DNA of 64,000 nucleotides from Minisyncoccota bacterium (GTDB lineage: Bacteria; Patescibacteriota; Minisyncoccia; Phycocordibacterales; DAORIS01). The stretch covers positions 56,104-120,103 of the forward strand of contig DAORIS010000001.1 of the NCBI GenBank assembly GCA_035438625.1. Reading direction: 5' to 3'. Both the position numbers and the translations under genes were made by a program. Positions 28,824 through 38,441 of this stretch are shown piece by piece. Numbering within the stretch: the stretch's first letter is position 1; every line of letters begins with the position of its first letter. The notes under the pieces are model-generated. The model did no database searches, was not told where the DNA came from, and was given only the letters and a program-made list of their open reading frames with translations.

Positions 28824-29217
28824 TCACCGCTTCTCCCCTTTTGCTTCAGTGCTCGAACAATTCTTCGCCTTTTCATACCCTGCACTTATCGCCTCCCCTT
28901 CACTTATAAACGTCTTCAAGTTTTCTTTCTTGATCGATGAGTATCCGCTGCACCATGGAAAGTAATACTTCGTTCCACTTCCTGAAGCATAGACAGGGCT
29001 ATTTGAAGCGGGCCTAGTTGTAGCTTTGGTGGGGATTTCGACCGCTTCCCCAACTAAACCCTGGCTCTCTATAACCAAATCCTCTAGGAGCCCAGGTGGT
29101 GGTCGTGGGGGGCGGGTTAATAACCCCTACACCATACCCAATACACATTCCCACTATGCCTGAGGCGGCAGTAAGGTACAGAGGCTTGATTTTTGTTGAA
29201 AATTGCTGTATATTCAT
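28824..29217 (-). pseudogene. Membrane-anchored protein with Ada-type metal-binding-like C-terminus, split by a frameshift
   Basis: Deleting one base of the G6 run (29107-29112) fuses the TM ORF to VYASGSGTKYYFPWC...EAISAGYEKAKNC. Confidence 0.7.
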
Positions 29218-29299
29218 CTGATCTCTATATCAGTCACACCGAGGTATCTCGATGTGCGGCCAGCATATAGGAAACCATATTAAGAAAAAGTAAAAATCA

Positions 29300-29572
29300 A
29301 TGGCATCCAAAAAGGCTGGCGGAACAGCCAAAAACCTCCGCGACTCTAAACCGAAGTTCCTCGGTATCAAGATCAACCACGGTCAAACAGCAAAGACCGG
29401 TATGATTATCGTGCGTCAGCGCGGTACTAAGTACATGGCTGGCCGAAACATCGGTATTGGAAAAGACCACACGCTCTTTGCTCTCAAAGACGGCGTAGTT
29501 AACTATGCTGATCGACGCAAAGAGAACTTTGATGGTTCACGAAGCGTTCGAAAAGAAGTGAGCGTAGCCTAA
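29300..29572 (+). CDS. rpmA: 50S ribosomal protein L27
   Basis: MASKKAGG...[21 protein letters not shown]. Confidence 0.97.
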   Translation: MASKKAGGTAKNLRDSKPKFLGIKINHGQTAKTGMIIVRQRGTKYMAGRNIGIGKDHTLFALKDGVVNYADRRKENFDGSRSVRKEVSVA

Positions 29573-29585
29573 ACTACACACAAAC

Positions 29586-29613
29586 AAAAAACCGACCACA
29601 TGGTCGGTTTTTT
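29586..29613. terminator. Bidirectional terminator between rpmA and rplI
   Basis: AAAAAACCGACCA-CA-TGGTCGGTTTTTT. Confidence 0.8.
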
Positions 29614-29627
29614 GTTACCTACACTTT

Positions 29628-30071
29628 CTACTGCTTAACAATATTAACCTTAAAGATAAGTGTCTCATCCCCAATCTTCACTTCTACCTTGTGATCCCCT
29701 GCTTCCTTGATTGGCTTTTCCAGCTTCAGTGCTGACTCAGGAATTTTCTTTCCAGTCTGGACTACAATCTGCTCAGCAATTTCCTTAACATGGATCGCCT
29801 TAAATAAGCTACCCTTCTCGTTTGTTGCAACGTGTAATACTGGAGGCTCCTTTTGGAGTGTCCTGATGACTCCAACTAGGACTGCATCCTCTGCCTTTTG
29901 CGCAGCCAGGCGAGCAGAGTCGTCTGCTTTCATCTTTTCAAGTACCTCAGGAGTAGCGATAACCGCTAGTCCTTGTGGAATGAGGAAGTTGAGTGCGTAT
30001 CCATCCTTTGCGTCCTTAATGGTGTGTTTCTGTCCGTATCGAGGCACATCTTTCAGAAGAATAACTTTCAT
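29628..30071 (-). CDS. rplI: 50S ribosomal protein L9
   Basis: MKVILLKDV...KDGYALNFLIPQGLA, PIKEAG. Confidence 0.96.
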   Translation of the reverse strand: MKVILLKDVPRYGQKHTIKDAKDGYALNFLIPQGLAVIATPEVLEKMKADDSARLAAQKAEDAVLVGVIRTLQKEPPVLHVATNEKGSLFKAIHVKEIAEQIVVQTGKKIPESALKLEKPIKEAGDHKVEVKIGDETLIFKVNIVKQ

Positions 30072-30129
30072 ACTGTATAAATTTAATTAATTAGTGTATT
30101 TCTACTCTTTTCTTGTCTCTTTTACCAGT

Positions 30130-31380
30130 CTACTTTCCAGTATTCAAGAATTCAATTGCTCGCTCAAATTGAGCGTCCTTTGTTCCAGAGAGTGCTCCAA
30201 ACCCTGATCGAACATCGTCTGGTCGAGGAGTAACTTCAATTGTCGGTGTTAATCCTTCCTTTGAGATCGAGTTATTTTTTGGTGTTAACCATTCTGCCAC
30301 AGTCACTTTAAGTGATGTGTTTGAGGTTACGTTCAAATACTCTTGTACAGAGCCTTTTCCGAAGCTACGGGTACCGATAAGGGTTGCAATACCATATTCC
30401 TGGAGTGCGCCCGCAAAGATTTCTGATGCAGATGCTGATCCTCCGTCAATGAGTACAACTACACGTGAGTCACTAGGGATCGTAGCGTATCCACGACTTC
30501 TATAGAGGTTATCCTTTTTGCTCTTAAAGCGTTCGGTCACAATTACATCCCCTTCTTTGACAAACCAGCTCGCAGCGTCAACTGCTGCATCGAGGTATCC
30601 TCCTGGATTTCCACGAAGGTCTACAATCAAGCGCTTACTTCCTGAGGCATAGAACTGCTGCATTGCACGAGAGAATTGGCTACTTGCAGTTCCTGTGAAG
30701 TTATAGAGTCTAATTACGAATGTTCCGTCTGGTAGACGCTCAGAATCAAGTGTAGGGATACTGATCACATCACGAACAACTTTAAGCTCCAAAGCTTGAT
30801 CATCTTCACCTCGCAATACTGAGAGTGTCACCGTTGTTCCTTTCTTTCCCTTAAGGTTCTTAATGGCACCATCAAGTGTCATGTCAGATACAGTCTGACC
30901 ATTGATTGAAATGATTCTGTCTCCTGACTTGACCCCCGCTTTTTCTGATGGACTATTTTTAAGTGGAGCCACAACTGTTAGGTATCCATCCTTAAGCGCA
31001 ATTTCAGCACCAATTCCTTCAAACGATCCTGAAATTTCTTCCTGGAAAGACTTTGTCTCTTCTGGTGGGAAGAATGTTGTATACGGATCACCGTACGCAG
31101 CTGAAAGTCCCTGGATTGCTGCGTAGATCTTATCTTGATCAGTTACATCTTGCCCTTTTGTTCCTCCATACTTTTCATCAAGCAAGTTCCACACCTTCCA
31201 AAAGACTGCGAAATCCGCACCTTCGTCAACCCCAGCTGGTACAGATGCTCCAAGAATATTACTTGGAATCTGTACTGCCTGCGCCTCACGTCGGCCGTAC
31301 ATATACCCTCCCGAAACCGCTGTAATTACCAAAACAGCAGATATAAGCCCTGAAATCCAACGTGAATATTTTTCTGTCAT
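30130..31380 (-). CDS. ctpA: C-terminal processing protease (S41, PDZ)
   Basis: GDPYT, FEGIG, DLRGNPGG, SASASE, SFGKGSVQ. Confidence 0.92.
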   Translation of the reverse strand: MTEKYSRWISGLISAVLVITAVSGGYMYGRREAQAVQIPSNILGASVPAGVDEGADFAVFWKVWNLLDEKYGGTKGQDVTDQDKIYAAIQGLSAAYGDPYTTFFPPEETKSFQEEISGSFEGIGAEIALKDGYLTVVAPLKNSPSEKAGVKSGDRIISINGQTVSDMTLDGAIKNLKGKKGTTVTLSVLRGEDDQALELKVVRDVISIPTLDSERLPDGTFVIRLYNFTGTASSQFSRAMQQFYASGSKRLIVDLRGNPGGYLDAAVDAASWFVKEGDVIVTERFKSKKDNLYRSRGYATIPSDSRVVVLIDGGSASASEIFAGALQEYGIATLIGTRSFGKGSVQEYLNVTSNTSLKVTVAEWLTPKNNSISKEGLTPTIEVTPRPDDVRSGFGALSGTKDAQFERAIEFLNTGK

Positions 31381-31408
31381 AGCAAGCATTATACTGTATA
31401 ATCTTCAC
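31381..31408. promoter_or_regulatory. Back-to-back TATAAT boxes driving divergent leaderless ctpA and corA-like genes
   Basis: ATTATA-CTG-TATAAT; each box is 6-7 nt from its ATG. Confidence 0.65.
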
Positions 31409-32302
31409 ATGATCGAAGTCAGGAAAATTGGCTCCCTACAATGGATTGATGTCGTAATGCCGACTCATGATGAGGCGCGACAACTGATTAGTGTCTACGG
31501 AATCAGCCCTGAAATTGTTGATAAAAGCATCCTCCCTTCGGTTCGTCCTGATGTTGCACATACTGCCGACTCTATATATACCGCCCTTCATGTTCCTATA
31601 TTGGAGAGAAGAAAGAATGAAATTACTATCTCTAAAGATGAGATAGATTTTATTGTTCGAGAAAAGGATGTGGTCACCATTCATTATGCTTCCTATGAAC
31701 CACTTGTAGAGTTTATAAAAATCCTCGAAGTGAATGAGGTTACCGAGCGAAGGAAATACAACCACGGAACAGATCTATTCTTTGAAATGCTCCGTCATAT
31801 TATTGATTCAGAACGACACATTGTAACCATCCTCATCTCTGAACTTGAGCGTGTTGAGAAAATGATTTTTTCTAGCAAGGAAAAACGAGCTGTTCACCTC
31901 ATCTCTAACCTTGCACGTGCCATCCAACACTTCAAACGTACGTTCCGTGGGCAAAGAGCAGCACTCGATCAGATCAACTTCTCTTCCCCGCTCTTTCAAT
32001 ACATTAAAGATGAACACGTTCGCATTTTAGAAGACAGTCATTTAGCAGAAGAAATACTCCACGAGATGCAAGACGCAAATACCGCCATGCTCCACTCGAA
32101 AGAGCACGATAGTATTCAAATTCTTACCATTGTCTCCTGTACCCTACTCCTTCCAACGTTTGTGTATGATGGTGCCCACATCATTTCTTCCCTTATGACT
32201 GGTAACGCAACAACTACACAAATTGCCTGGTTAATCCTTACACTTTCAGGCTTTGCAACCGCAGTATATCTACTACTCCGACCAAAATCTTCCCATGAAT
32301 AA
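31409..32302 (+). CDS. CorA-like divalent cation transporter, divergent
   Basis: WIDV..P, EIDF, two C-terminal TMs (ILTIVS); GMN signature absent. Confidence 0.75.
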   Translation: MIEVRKIGSLQWIDVVMPTHDEARQLISVYGISPEIVDKSILPSVRPDVAHTADSIYTALHVPILERRKNEITISKDEIDFIVREKDVVTIHYASYEPLVEFIKILEVNEVTERRKYNHGTDLFFEMLRHIIDSERHIVTILISELERVEKMIFSSKEKRAVHLISNLARAIQHFKRTFRGQRAALDQINFSSPLFQYIKDEHVRILEDSHLAEEILHEMQDANTAMLHSKEHDSIQILTIVSCTLLLPTFVYDGAHIISSLMTGNATTTQIAWLILTLSGFATAVYLLLRPKSSHE

Positions 32303-33716
32303 CCCCACACCGAATTCCAGAATTACTGTATACAACACACTTTCAGGAAAAGAAGAACAAATTAAGCCCATAACACCAGGTGTTATTTCCATGTACCACT
32401 GTGGCCCTACCGTATATGACTTTGCCCACATTGGTAACTTGCGAGCATATATATTTGCTGACACACTCAGACGTACTATTGAATCTGCTGGATACGATGT
32501 AAAACAAGTGATCAATATCACTGACGTTGGACACCTCACCTCAGACGCCGACCAAGGAGAAGACAAAATGGAAGAAAGTGCTCGCAAAAAACACAAAACC
32601 GCCAAAGAAATTACTGAAGAGTACACCGCTGCTTTTCTTAACGACCTTACGCAACTCAACATCCGTACAGCTGGTACGATATTTCCAAAGGCAACAGATC
32701 ATATTCCTGAACAGATTGCACTCATTAAAAAACTTGAAGAGAACGGATATACATACACAACATCTGACGGTGTATATTTTGATACATCAAAATTTTCTGA
32801 CTATGGAACACTTGGCGGTATTGATTTAGAAGGATTAAAGTCAGGAGCACGCGTCGAGGAAAATCCAGAAAAAAAGAATCATACTGATTTCGCTGTATGG
32901 AAGTTTTCAAAAGAAGCTGGAACACGACAACAGGAATGGGATTCTCCATGGGGAGTTGGATTTCCAGGTTGGCACATAGAGTGTTCTGCCATGTCAATGA
33001 AATATCTTGGCGAAACATTTGATATCCACACAGGAGGCATCGATCATATTCCGGTCCACCACAACAATGAAATCGCACAGTCACAATGTGCAACAGGAAA
33101 AACATATGTGCACACATGGATGCACTCAGCATTCATGACGGTTGATGGGCACAAGATGTCTAAGTCTCTTGGAAACACGTATACACTTTCTGATTTACAG
33201 AAAAAAAATATCGACCCATTGGCACTTCGATATTTTTTTTTAAATGCATCATACCGACTACAAGTTAATTTCACTCTTGAAGCTGTCGAAAGTGCCGGGC
33301 AAGCATTACATAACCTCTACGCACTTGTTGAAACACAACCACAGCTACTTCGTCATTTTGGAAAAGCACCTACAAGTGAAACATCATCTGATATTCCTGC
33401 ACTTATCGAGGCAATGAACTCTGACCTAAATACTTCTAAAGCCCTTTCAATCCTGTGGCAAGGTCTAAAGAATTCCACAGGTTCTCCCCAGTCAAAGATC
33501 GAACTTATTACCATTGCTGACAAATATCTTGGATTAGGACTCACTGATGCCTTAACGCTTCCACCCCTCGAAGTCCTAAATCTGGCTACAGAACGAGAGT
33601 CTTTGCGTGCAGCGAAAGATTTTACTGCTTCTGACACACTAAAGGTAGATATCAGAAATGCCGGTTACGCAATACAAGATAGTCCCTCTGGACCAATACT
33701 CCTCCGCATACGGTAG
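32295..33716 (+). CDS. cysS: Cysteine--tRNA ligase
   Basis: CGPTVYDFAHIGN, GFPGWHIECSAM, KMSKSLGN. Confidence 0.97.
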   Translation: MNNPTPNSRITVYNTLSGKEEQIKPITPGVISMYHCGPTVYDFAHIGNLRAYIFADTLRRTIESAGYDVKQVINITDVGHLTSDADQGEDKMEESARKKHKTAKEITEEYTAAFLNDLTQLNIRTAGTIFPKATDHIPEQIALIKKLEENGYTYTTSDGVYFDTSKFSDYGTLGGIDLEGLKSGARVEENPEKKNHTDFAVWKFSKEAGTRQQEWDSPWGVGFPGWHIECSAMSMKYLGETFDIHTGGIDHIPVHHNNEIAQSQCATGKTYVHTWMHSAFMTVDGHKMSKSLGNTYTLSDLQKKNIDPLALRYFFLNASYRLQVNFTLEAVESAGQALHNLYALVETQPQLLRHFGKAPTSETSSDIPALIEAMNSDLNTSKALSILWQGLKNSTGSPQSKIELITIADKYLGLGLTDALTLPPLEVLNLATERESLRAAKDFTASDTLKVDIRNAGYAIQDSPSGPILLRIR

Positions 33717-33736
33717 CGTGATAAAATCTACTGCAT

Positions 33737-35128
33737 ATGGCAGTCAGATCTCAACAACCAACTCGATTACCATCTTTGCGAATTCCACCTCAGAGTCTTG
33801 AAGCTGAGATGGCACTTCTTGGCTCAGTGATGCTTCGTGCGGAAGCAATGTACGAAGTTATGGATAGCATTGCAGCAGAATGTTTCTACGCAGAAAAACA
33901 TGGAATTATTTGGAGCTGCTATCTTTTCCTGTTAACAAAGCGCGCACCGATTGACATCCTTTCAGTTTCTTCTCACATCAAAGAATCTGGTGACCTTGAA
34001 AAAATTGGCGGAGCAAGTTATTTAACAGAACTTGTGAACTGCGTTCCTTCTGCAGCAAACGTTCAATATTACGCTGAGCTCGTAAAGAAGAAACACATCA
34101 TGCGTGAACTCATTCGCGCATCCGAAGAAATTTCTTCTATTGGCTTTGACGAAGGACACGAAATCGACCAAGCGCTCGATATTGCAGAAAAGAAAATCTT
34201 TGATATTTCTCACAAAGGTTCAAAGTTTACTGCTACATCAATCAAAGACGCACTCTCTGGGGCGCTTGAGCGTATTGATCGCCTACACCAAAATACCGAC
34301 GAACTCCGCGGGGTACCATCTGGGTTTGCTGAGCTCGACGCAAAACTGTCCGGCTTCCAGAAGTCCGACCTCATTATCCTTGCTGCTCGCCCATCAGTGG
34401 GAAAAACCTCGCTCGTACTTGATATGGCGCGCAACGCTGCAATCAGACATGGAGTTCACACAGCAATCTTCTCACTTGAAATGAGCGCACAGCAGCTTGT
34501 AGATAGAATGCTCGCAGCTGAGTCACGAGTTGATGCATGGAAACTTCGTACTGGAAAACTAACGAATGATGAAGATTTTGAGCGTATCAGGGACTCACTC
34601 GAGACTTTGTCTGCTGCACCGATTTATATTGACGACCAACCCGCAGCAAGCATCCTTCGTATGAGAAGCACTGCGCGACGCCTTAAGGCTGAAAAAGGTC
34701 TTGGACTTATCATCGTAGACTACTTGCAGCTGATGGCGCCATCTACAACAAGCAGTAAGGACAACGTCGTACAACAAGTGACGGAAATCTCACGATCCCT
34801 AAAGCAACTCGCCCGTGAAATGGATGTGCCGGTTATTGCACTGTCACAGCTTTCTCGTGCCGTTGAACAACGTGGTGGTCGCCCTCGTCTTTCTGACCTT
34901 CGAGACTCAGGTTCTATTGAACAGGACGCCGATGTAGTTATGTTCATCCACCGAGAAGATAAGACAAAGGAAGACTCTCAAAAGCCAAACATTGCTGAAA
35001 TTCTCATCGAAAAACACCGTAACGGTCCAACTGGAAAAGTGGAACTATTCTTCGATGACAAGAAGTCATCCTTCCTTTCTATTGATAAGACATTCGGCGC
35101 TGCAATTAGCGGAGGCGACGATTTCTAA
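33737..35128 (+). CDS. dnaB: Replicative DNA helicase (no intein)
   Basis: AARPSVGKT, DYLQL, LSQLSR, DLRDSGSIEQDAD, KHRNGPTG. Confidence 0.97.
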   Translation: MAVRSQQPTRLPSLRIPPQSLEAEMALLGSVMLRAEAMYEVMDSIAAECFYAEKHGIIWSCYLFLLTKRAPIDILSVSSHIKESGDLEKIGGASYLTELVNCVPSAANVQYYAELVKKKHIMRELIRASEEISSIGFDEGHEIDQALDIAEKKIFDISHKGSKFTATSIKDALSGALERIDRLHQNTDELRGVPSGFAELDAKLSGFQKSDLIILAARPSVGKTSLVLDMARNAAIRHGVHTAIFSLEMSAQQLVDRMLAAESRVDAWKLRTGKLTNDEDFERIRDSLETLSAAPIYIDDQPAASILRMRSTARRLKAEKGLGLIIVDYLQLMAPSTTSSKDNVVQQVTEISRSLKQLAREMDVPVIALSQLSRAVEQRGGRPRLSDLRDSGSIEQDADVVMFIHREDKTKEDSQKPNIAEILIEKHRNGPTGKVELFFDDKKSSFLSIDKTFGAAISGGDDF

Positions 35129-35137
35129 TTCATTTCT

Positions 35138-35782
35138 ATGAACGCCATCGACTCACTGCAGGAAATCATTGCGAGGCTTCCTGGTATTGGCCCACGACAA
35201 GCACGAAGGATTGTCTTTAGTATTGCTCAGCAAGGCTCTGACTTCCGTGGTCGTTTTATACGAGAATTAGAGAGACTTTCTGACACCACAGCAGAATGCA
35301 CTCTCTGCCGAAGACAGACTCTTAAAGCTGATCTACACAGTGATGGAGCGTGCTCAATTTGCTCTGATTCAACGCGTGATACTTCAACAAGGATGATTGT
35401 CAGCACCTCACTTGATCTTGAGGCAATTGAGCGCACCGGGGCATATAGAGGCGTCTATTACGTGTTTGGCCCACTCGTTCCCCTCTCCCCTACTTCATTT
35501 CAAGAAACTTCTGCAGAGAATCGTATCAATACCCTTTTGAATTTCCTTTCAAGAAATAATAATGTTCTACTAAAAGAAATTGTCATTTCATTTTCAGCAA
35601 CAGCTGATGGACAACACACCTCGCATGTTATTGCAGAACGTATCCGAAACTCACAAGAACAGACACTAGTCTCAGTTCCAATAACTGTCCTTGGACGAGG
35701 AATGTCCACTGGTACTGAAATTGAATATATTGATGAAGGGACATTTGCTGCAGCTTTCAAAGGAAGAAATCCCGCGGAATAA
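35138..35782 (+). CDS. recR: Recombination mediator RecR
   Basis: LPGIGPRQA HhH, C4 zinc finger, Toprim, EIEYIDEGT. Confidence 0.92.
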   Translation: MNAIDSLQEIIARLPGIGPRQARRIVFSIAQQGSDFRGRFIRELERLSDTTAECTLCRRQTLKADLHSDGACSICSDSTRDTSTRMIVSTSLDLEAIERTGAYRGVYYVFGPLVPLSPTSFQETSAENRINTLLNFLSRNNNVLLKEIVISFSATADGQHTSHVIAERIRNSQEQTLVSVPITVLGRGMSTGTEIEYIDEGTFAAAFKGRNPAE

Positions 35783-35811
35783 AAAATGCCACACGAGACT
35801 CGCGTGGCATA
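35782..35811 (-). terminator. Intrinsic terminator
   Basis: AAAAATGCCAC...GTGGCAT hairpin. Confidence 0.6.
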
Positions 35812-35830
35812 ATGTATCTCATTGGAACCA

Positions 35831-36043
35831 TTACGCATCATTGGTTTGAACATACACAACCAACCCAAGAAACAAGAACAGCACACCGATGACTTCGAGA
35901 AAAAGCCCAGTGAAGGCATCGGTAAAGTTAATTTTCTTACCCCGTAAGAAATTCATGAATGTAGCCGGGATAATCAACCACAACCCAACTACAACAATAA
36001 TAATTCCAAATACCAACATGAAGCATGACTCATTCCTGCTCAT
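35831..36043 (-). CDS. Orphan two-TM membrane protein
   Basis: SD GAGGTG; two hydrophobic helices; own terminator. Confidence 0.65.
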   Translation of the reverse strand: MSRNESCFMLVFGIIIVVVGLWLIIPATFMNFLRGKKINFTDAFTGLFLEVIGVLFLFLGLVVYVQTNDA

Positions 36044-36107
36044 GTAACACCTCGACTTTGAGATAAAGAAAAAGTTCTAAGACTTAAACTACACCACATT
36101 TCTATAT

Positions 36108-36143
36108 AATACAAAATCCCGCCTCTAGGCGGGATTTTGTATT
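36108..36143 (-). terminator. rplU terminator
   Basis: AATACAAAATCCCGCC/GGCGGGATTTTGTATT stem. Confidence 0.8.
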
Positions 36144-36145
36144 GA

Positions 36146-36463
36146 TTAGGCGATCTTATCGATCTTTACCTGTACGAATAGTTGACGGTGACCGTTACGC
36201 TTCATGTATCGGCTCTTTTGCTTATATTTAACAACCAAAATCTTTGGGTGTCGTCCAATCTTTTCTACAGTTGCATGAACTTCAGCACCTGAAACTGTTG
36301 GAGTACCAATTTTTGAATTGTCACCTTCAGTTGAAAGGAGGACTTCACCGAAGACAATCTTGTCGCCTTCTTTTTGCTCATCAGCAAGCTTCTCTATCTT
36401 AAGAGAGTCGCCTTCAGCAACAAGATACTGCTTGCCACCGGTCTTAATAATTGCGCTTTTCAT
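36146..36463 (-). CDS. rplU: 50S ribosomal protein L21
   Basis: IIKTGGKQYLV, GHRQ. Confidence 0.97.
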   Translation of the reverse strand: MKSAIIKTGGKQYLVAEGDSLKIEKLADEQKEGDKIVFGEVLLSTEGDNSKIGTPTVSGAEVHATVEKIGRHPKILVVKYKQKSRYMKRNGHRQLFVQVKIDKIA

Positions 36464-36520
36464 AGGCGTCTATAGTACCGTATATAGGGCTTTTTGGCAA
36501 CTATTACAGATATTAACCGA

Positions 36521-37648
36521 CTATTCCTCTCCGTCGAACTCAATTGGCTTATCAATCAAGGGTAGTGCAGCAGCAAGTTCGTATTTATCACCAGTAATCC
36601 TCATTACATCTTTATCAATTTTTTTAAATTCCTTGGCTGAAGATGTGTAATGATTCACAACAGTACCAAGGGAGTTACCAAGCTTCTCGTGGTACTGCTC
36701 AAAGGCTTTGAGGTGCTTTGCGAGTTCCCCCACATGGATTGCAATCTGCTTTGCAGATTCTTCAATCTTAAGCGCCTTCAAGCCCTGCATGACGGTCTGG
36801 AGGTATGCAAGAAACGATGTTGGAGAAACAATGATGACGCGCTTCTCTCTAAAAGCATAGTTAATGAGGTCTTCGGTATTAATCTTTAGTGATCCAACCT
36901 TGTTAATAAGGAGGTCGTAATAGATACCTTCTGAAGGGATGAACATGAACGCAAAGTCCATGGTATTTTCGTCCGGTCGAATATACTTTGATGTTTCATC
37001 GATTCGCATCTTAAGATCACTTTTGAACATCTTCTCAAGTCGTTCCTTTTCAACTGGGTCATGCTCACCGATAGCACGATTATAGTTTTCAAGAGAAAAT
37101 TTGGAATCAATTGGAATAATTTTTTCTTGAATGATTACAGCCGCATCGACAATTTCACCATTCTTAAATTTATACTGCATTTGATATGAGCCCGGTGGAA
37201 GAACGTTCTTAAGAACATTCTCAAGGAAATATTCGCCAAGAACACCACGTTGCTTTGGGTTTTTAAGTACATCTTGAAGAACCCGAAGTTCGGTTGCCAC
37301 ATCACTTACCCGTTTATTTCCTTCCTTCACCTCAGTGAGTTCTTTTGTAATATCCTTAATCAGTTTCTGTGACTCACCAAACTGGAACGTTACGGAGTCA
37401 CGCACCACCTTTGAAGATTCACTGATTTTTGTGTCCATTGTGCGCTGGAAATCACCCATTTGGCTATTGAGAACTTTACGCATCTCACCCATCTCTTGGA
37501 GGACAATTTGCACCATTGGGGCACCTGTATCTTCATCTTCTTTCTTTGAAGACTTGATTGTTTTGTAGATAAAAAATATAGCACCCGCATTAAGCGCTAA
37601 AAAAGCAATAACTGCGATGAAAATACCGATAAGAATAGTTGGTGACAT
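36521..37648 (-). CDS. rmuC: DNA recombination protein RmuC
   Basis: PKQRGVLGE, IDSKFS, DFAFMFIPSE, VSPTS. Confidence 0.92.
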   Translation of the reverse strand: MSPTILIGIFIAVIAFLALNAGAIFFIYKTIKSSKKEDEDTGAPMVQIVLQEMGEMRKVLNSQMGDFQRTMDTKISESSKVVRDSVTFQFGESQKLIKDITKELTEVKEGNKRVSDVATELRVLQDVLKNPKQRGVLGEYFLENVLKNVLPPGSYQMQYKFKNGEIVDAAVIIQEKIIPIDSKFSLENYNRAIGEHDPVEKERLEKMFKSDLKMRIDETSKYIRPDENTMDFAFMFIPSEGIYYDLLINKVGSLKINTEDLINYAFREKRVIIVSPTSFLAYLQTVMQGLKALKIEESAKQIAIHVGELAKHLKAFEQYHEKLGNSLGTVVNHYTSSAKEFKKIDKDVMRITGDKYELAAALPLIDKPIEFDGEE

Positions 37649-37689
37649 GCACGCATTATACCCGAAACCATCGTGCTATACTCCCCTCC

Positions 37690-38154
37690 ATGACAATGCA
37701 AAACATCCAAGCAACTATCAAATCACAACTTATTGAGGCAATGCGAGCAAAAGACGCCGTACGAACCGGAGTTATCCGCGGTCTCATGAGTGCATTTACA
37801 AACGAGCTTGTAGCAAAAGGATTAACTCCTCAGACTCCCCTTCCTGATGAAGATGCACTTCGTGTTATCGAACGTGCAGCAAAACAAAGAAAAGACTCAA
37901 TACAACAGTTTATCGACGGTGGACGACCAGAACTTGCTGATACGGAAAAAGCAGAACTCGATATTATCGAAACATACCTCCCTGAGATGATGTCTCAAGA
38001 TGAGATTCGTGTTGTTGCAGAAGCAAAGAAAGCAGAACTCGGAATTACTGATAAATCAAAGGCAGGGCAATTTACAGGAATGCTCATGAAAGAGCTAAAA
38101 GGAAAAGCTCGAGGAGACGACGTGAAATCTGTCGTAGACCAACTGCTTGCATAA
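37690..38154 (+). CDS. GatB/YqeY domain protein
   Basis: AMRAKD, KQRKDSIQQF..GGRPELA, YLPE; TATACT 7 nt before the ATG. Confidence 0.92.
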   Translation: MTMQNIQATIKSQLIEAMRAKDAVRTGVIRGLMSAFTNELVAKGLTPQTPLPDEDALRVIERAAKQRKDSIQQFIDGGRPELADTEKAELDIIETYLPEMMSQDEIRVVAEAKKAELGITDKSKAGQFTGMLMKELKGKARGDDVKSVVDQLLA

Positions 38155-38167
38155 AAAATCTTGCAAT

Positions 38168-38438
38168 AAAAAACCCGGCCACATGCGCCGGGGAAACAAC
38201 CCTTGTTTTATTTAGAGATTCGCAGCAATCGTTGGCTGCAGGGTTATCTCTATCCTTCTTTCTTAATATCAGTACGTCCCTGAACCTTCATTATTAATGG
38301 AACGCACCTCACTCGAAAAGGTAAAGGAGTGTGCCCAATGACATCTCAGCTTGGTACCGGCCGATACCTTGCCAAAACCGGGATAACCTCTCGAGAAACT
38401 TACAAATTTTATTATACTATATCAGTTTTAATTGTCAA
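38168..38438 (-). other. Promoter-to-terminator unit without a clear ORF (sRNA, micropeptide or decayed cassette)
   Basis: TTGACA-16-TATAAT at 38438-38411 (minus); hairpin plus T-run at 38168-38193. Confidence 0.45.
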
Positions 38439-38441
38439 CTA

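Noticed and set aside
29233-29260. Hairpin upstream of rpmA as an autoregulatory leader
   Set aside because: A single imperfect stem with no recognisable family; cannot be supported without comparative data.
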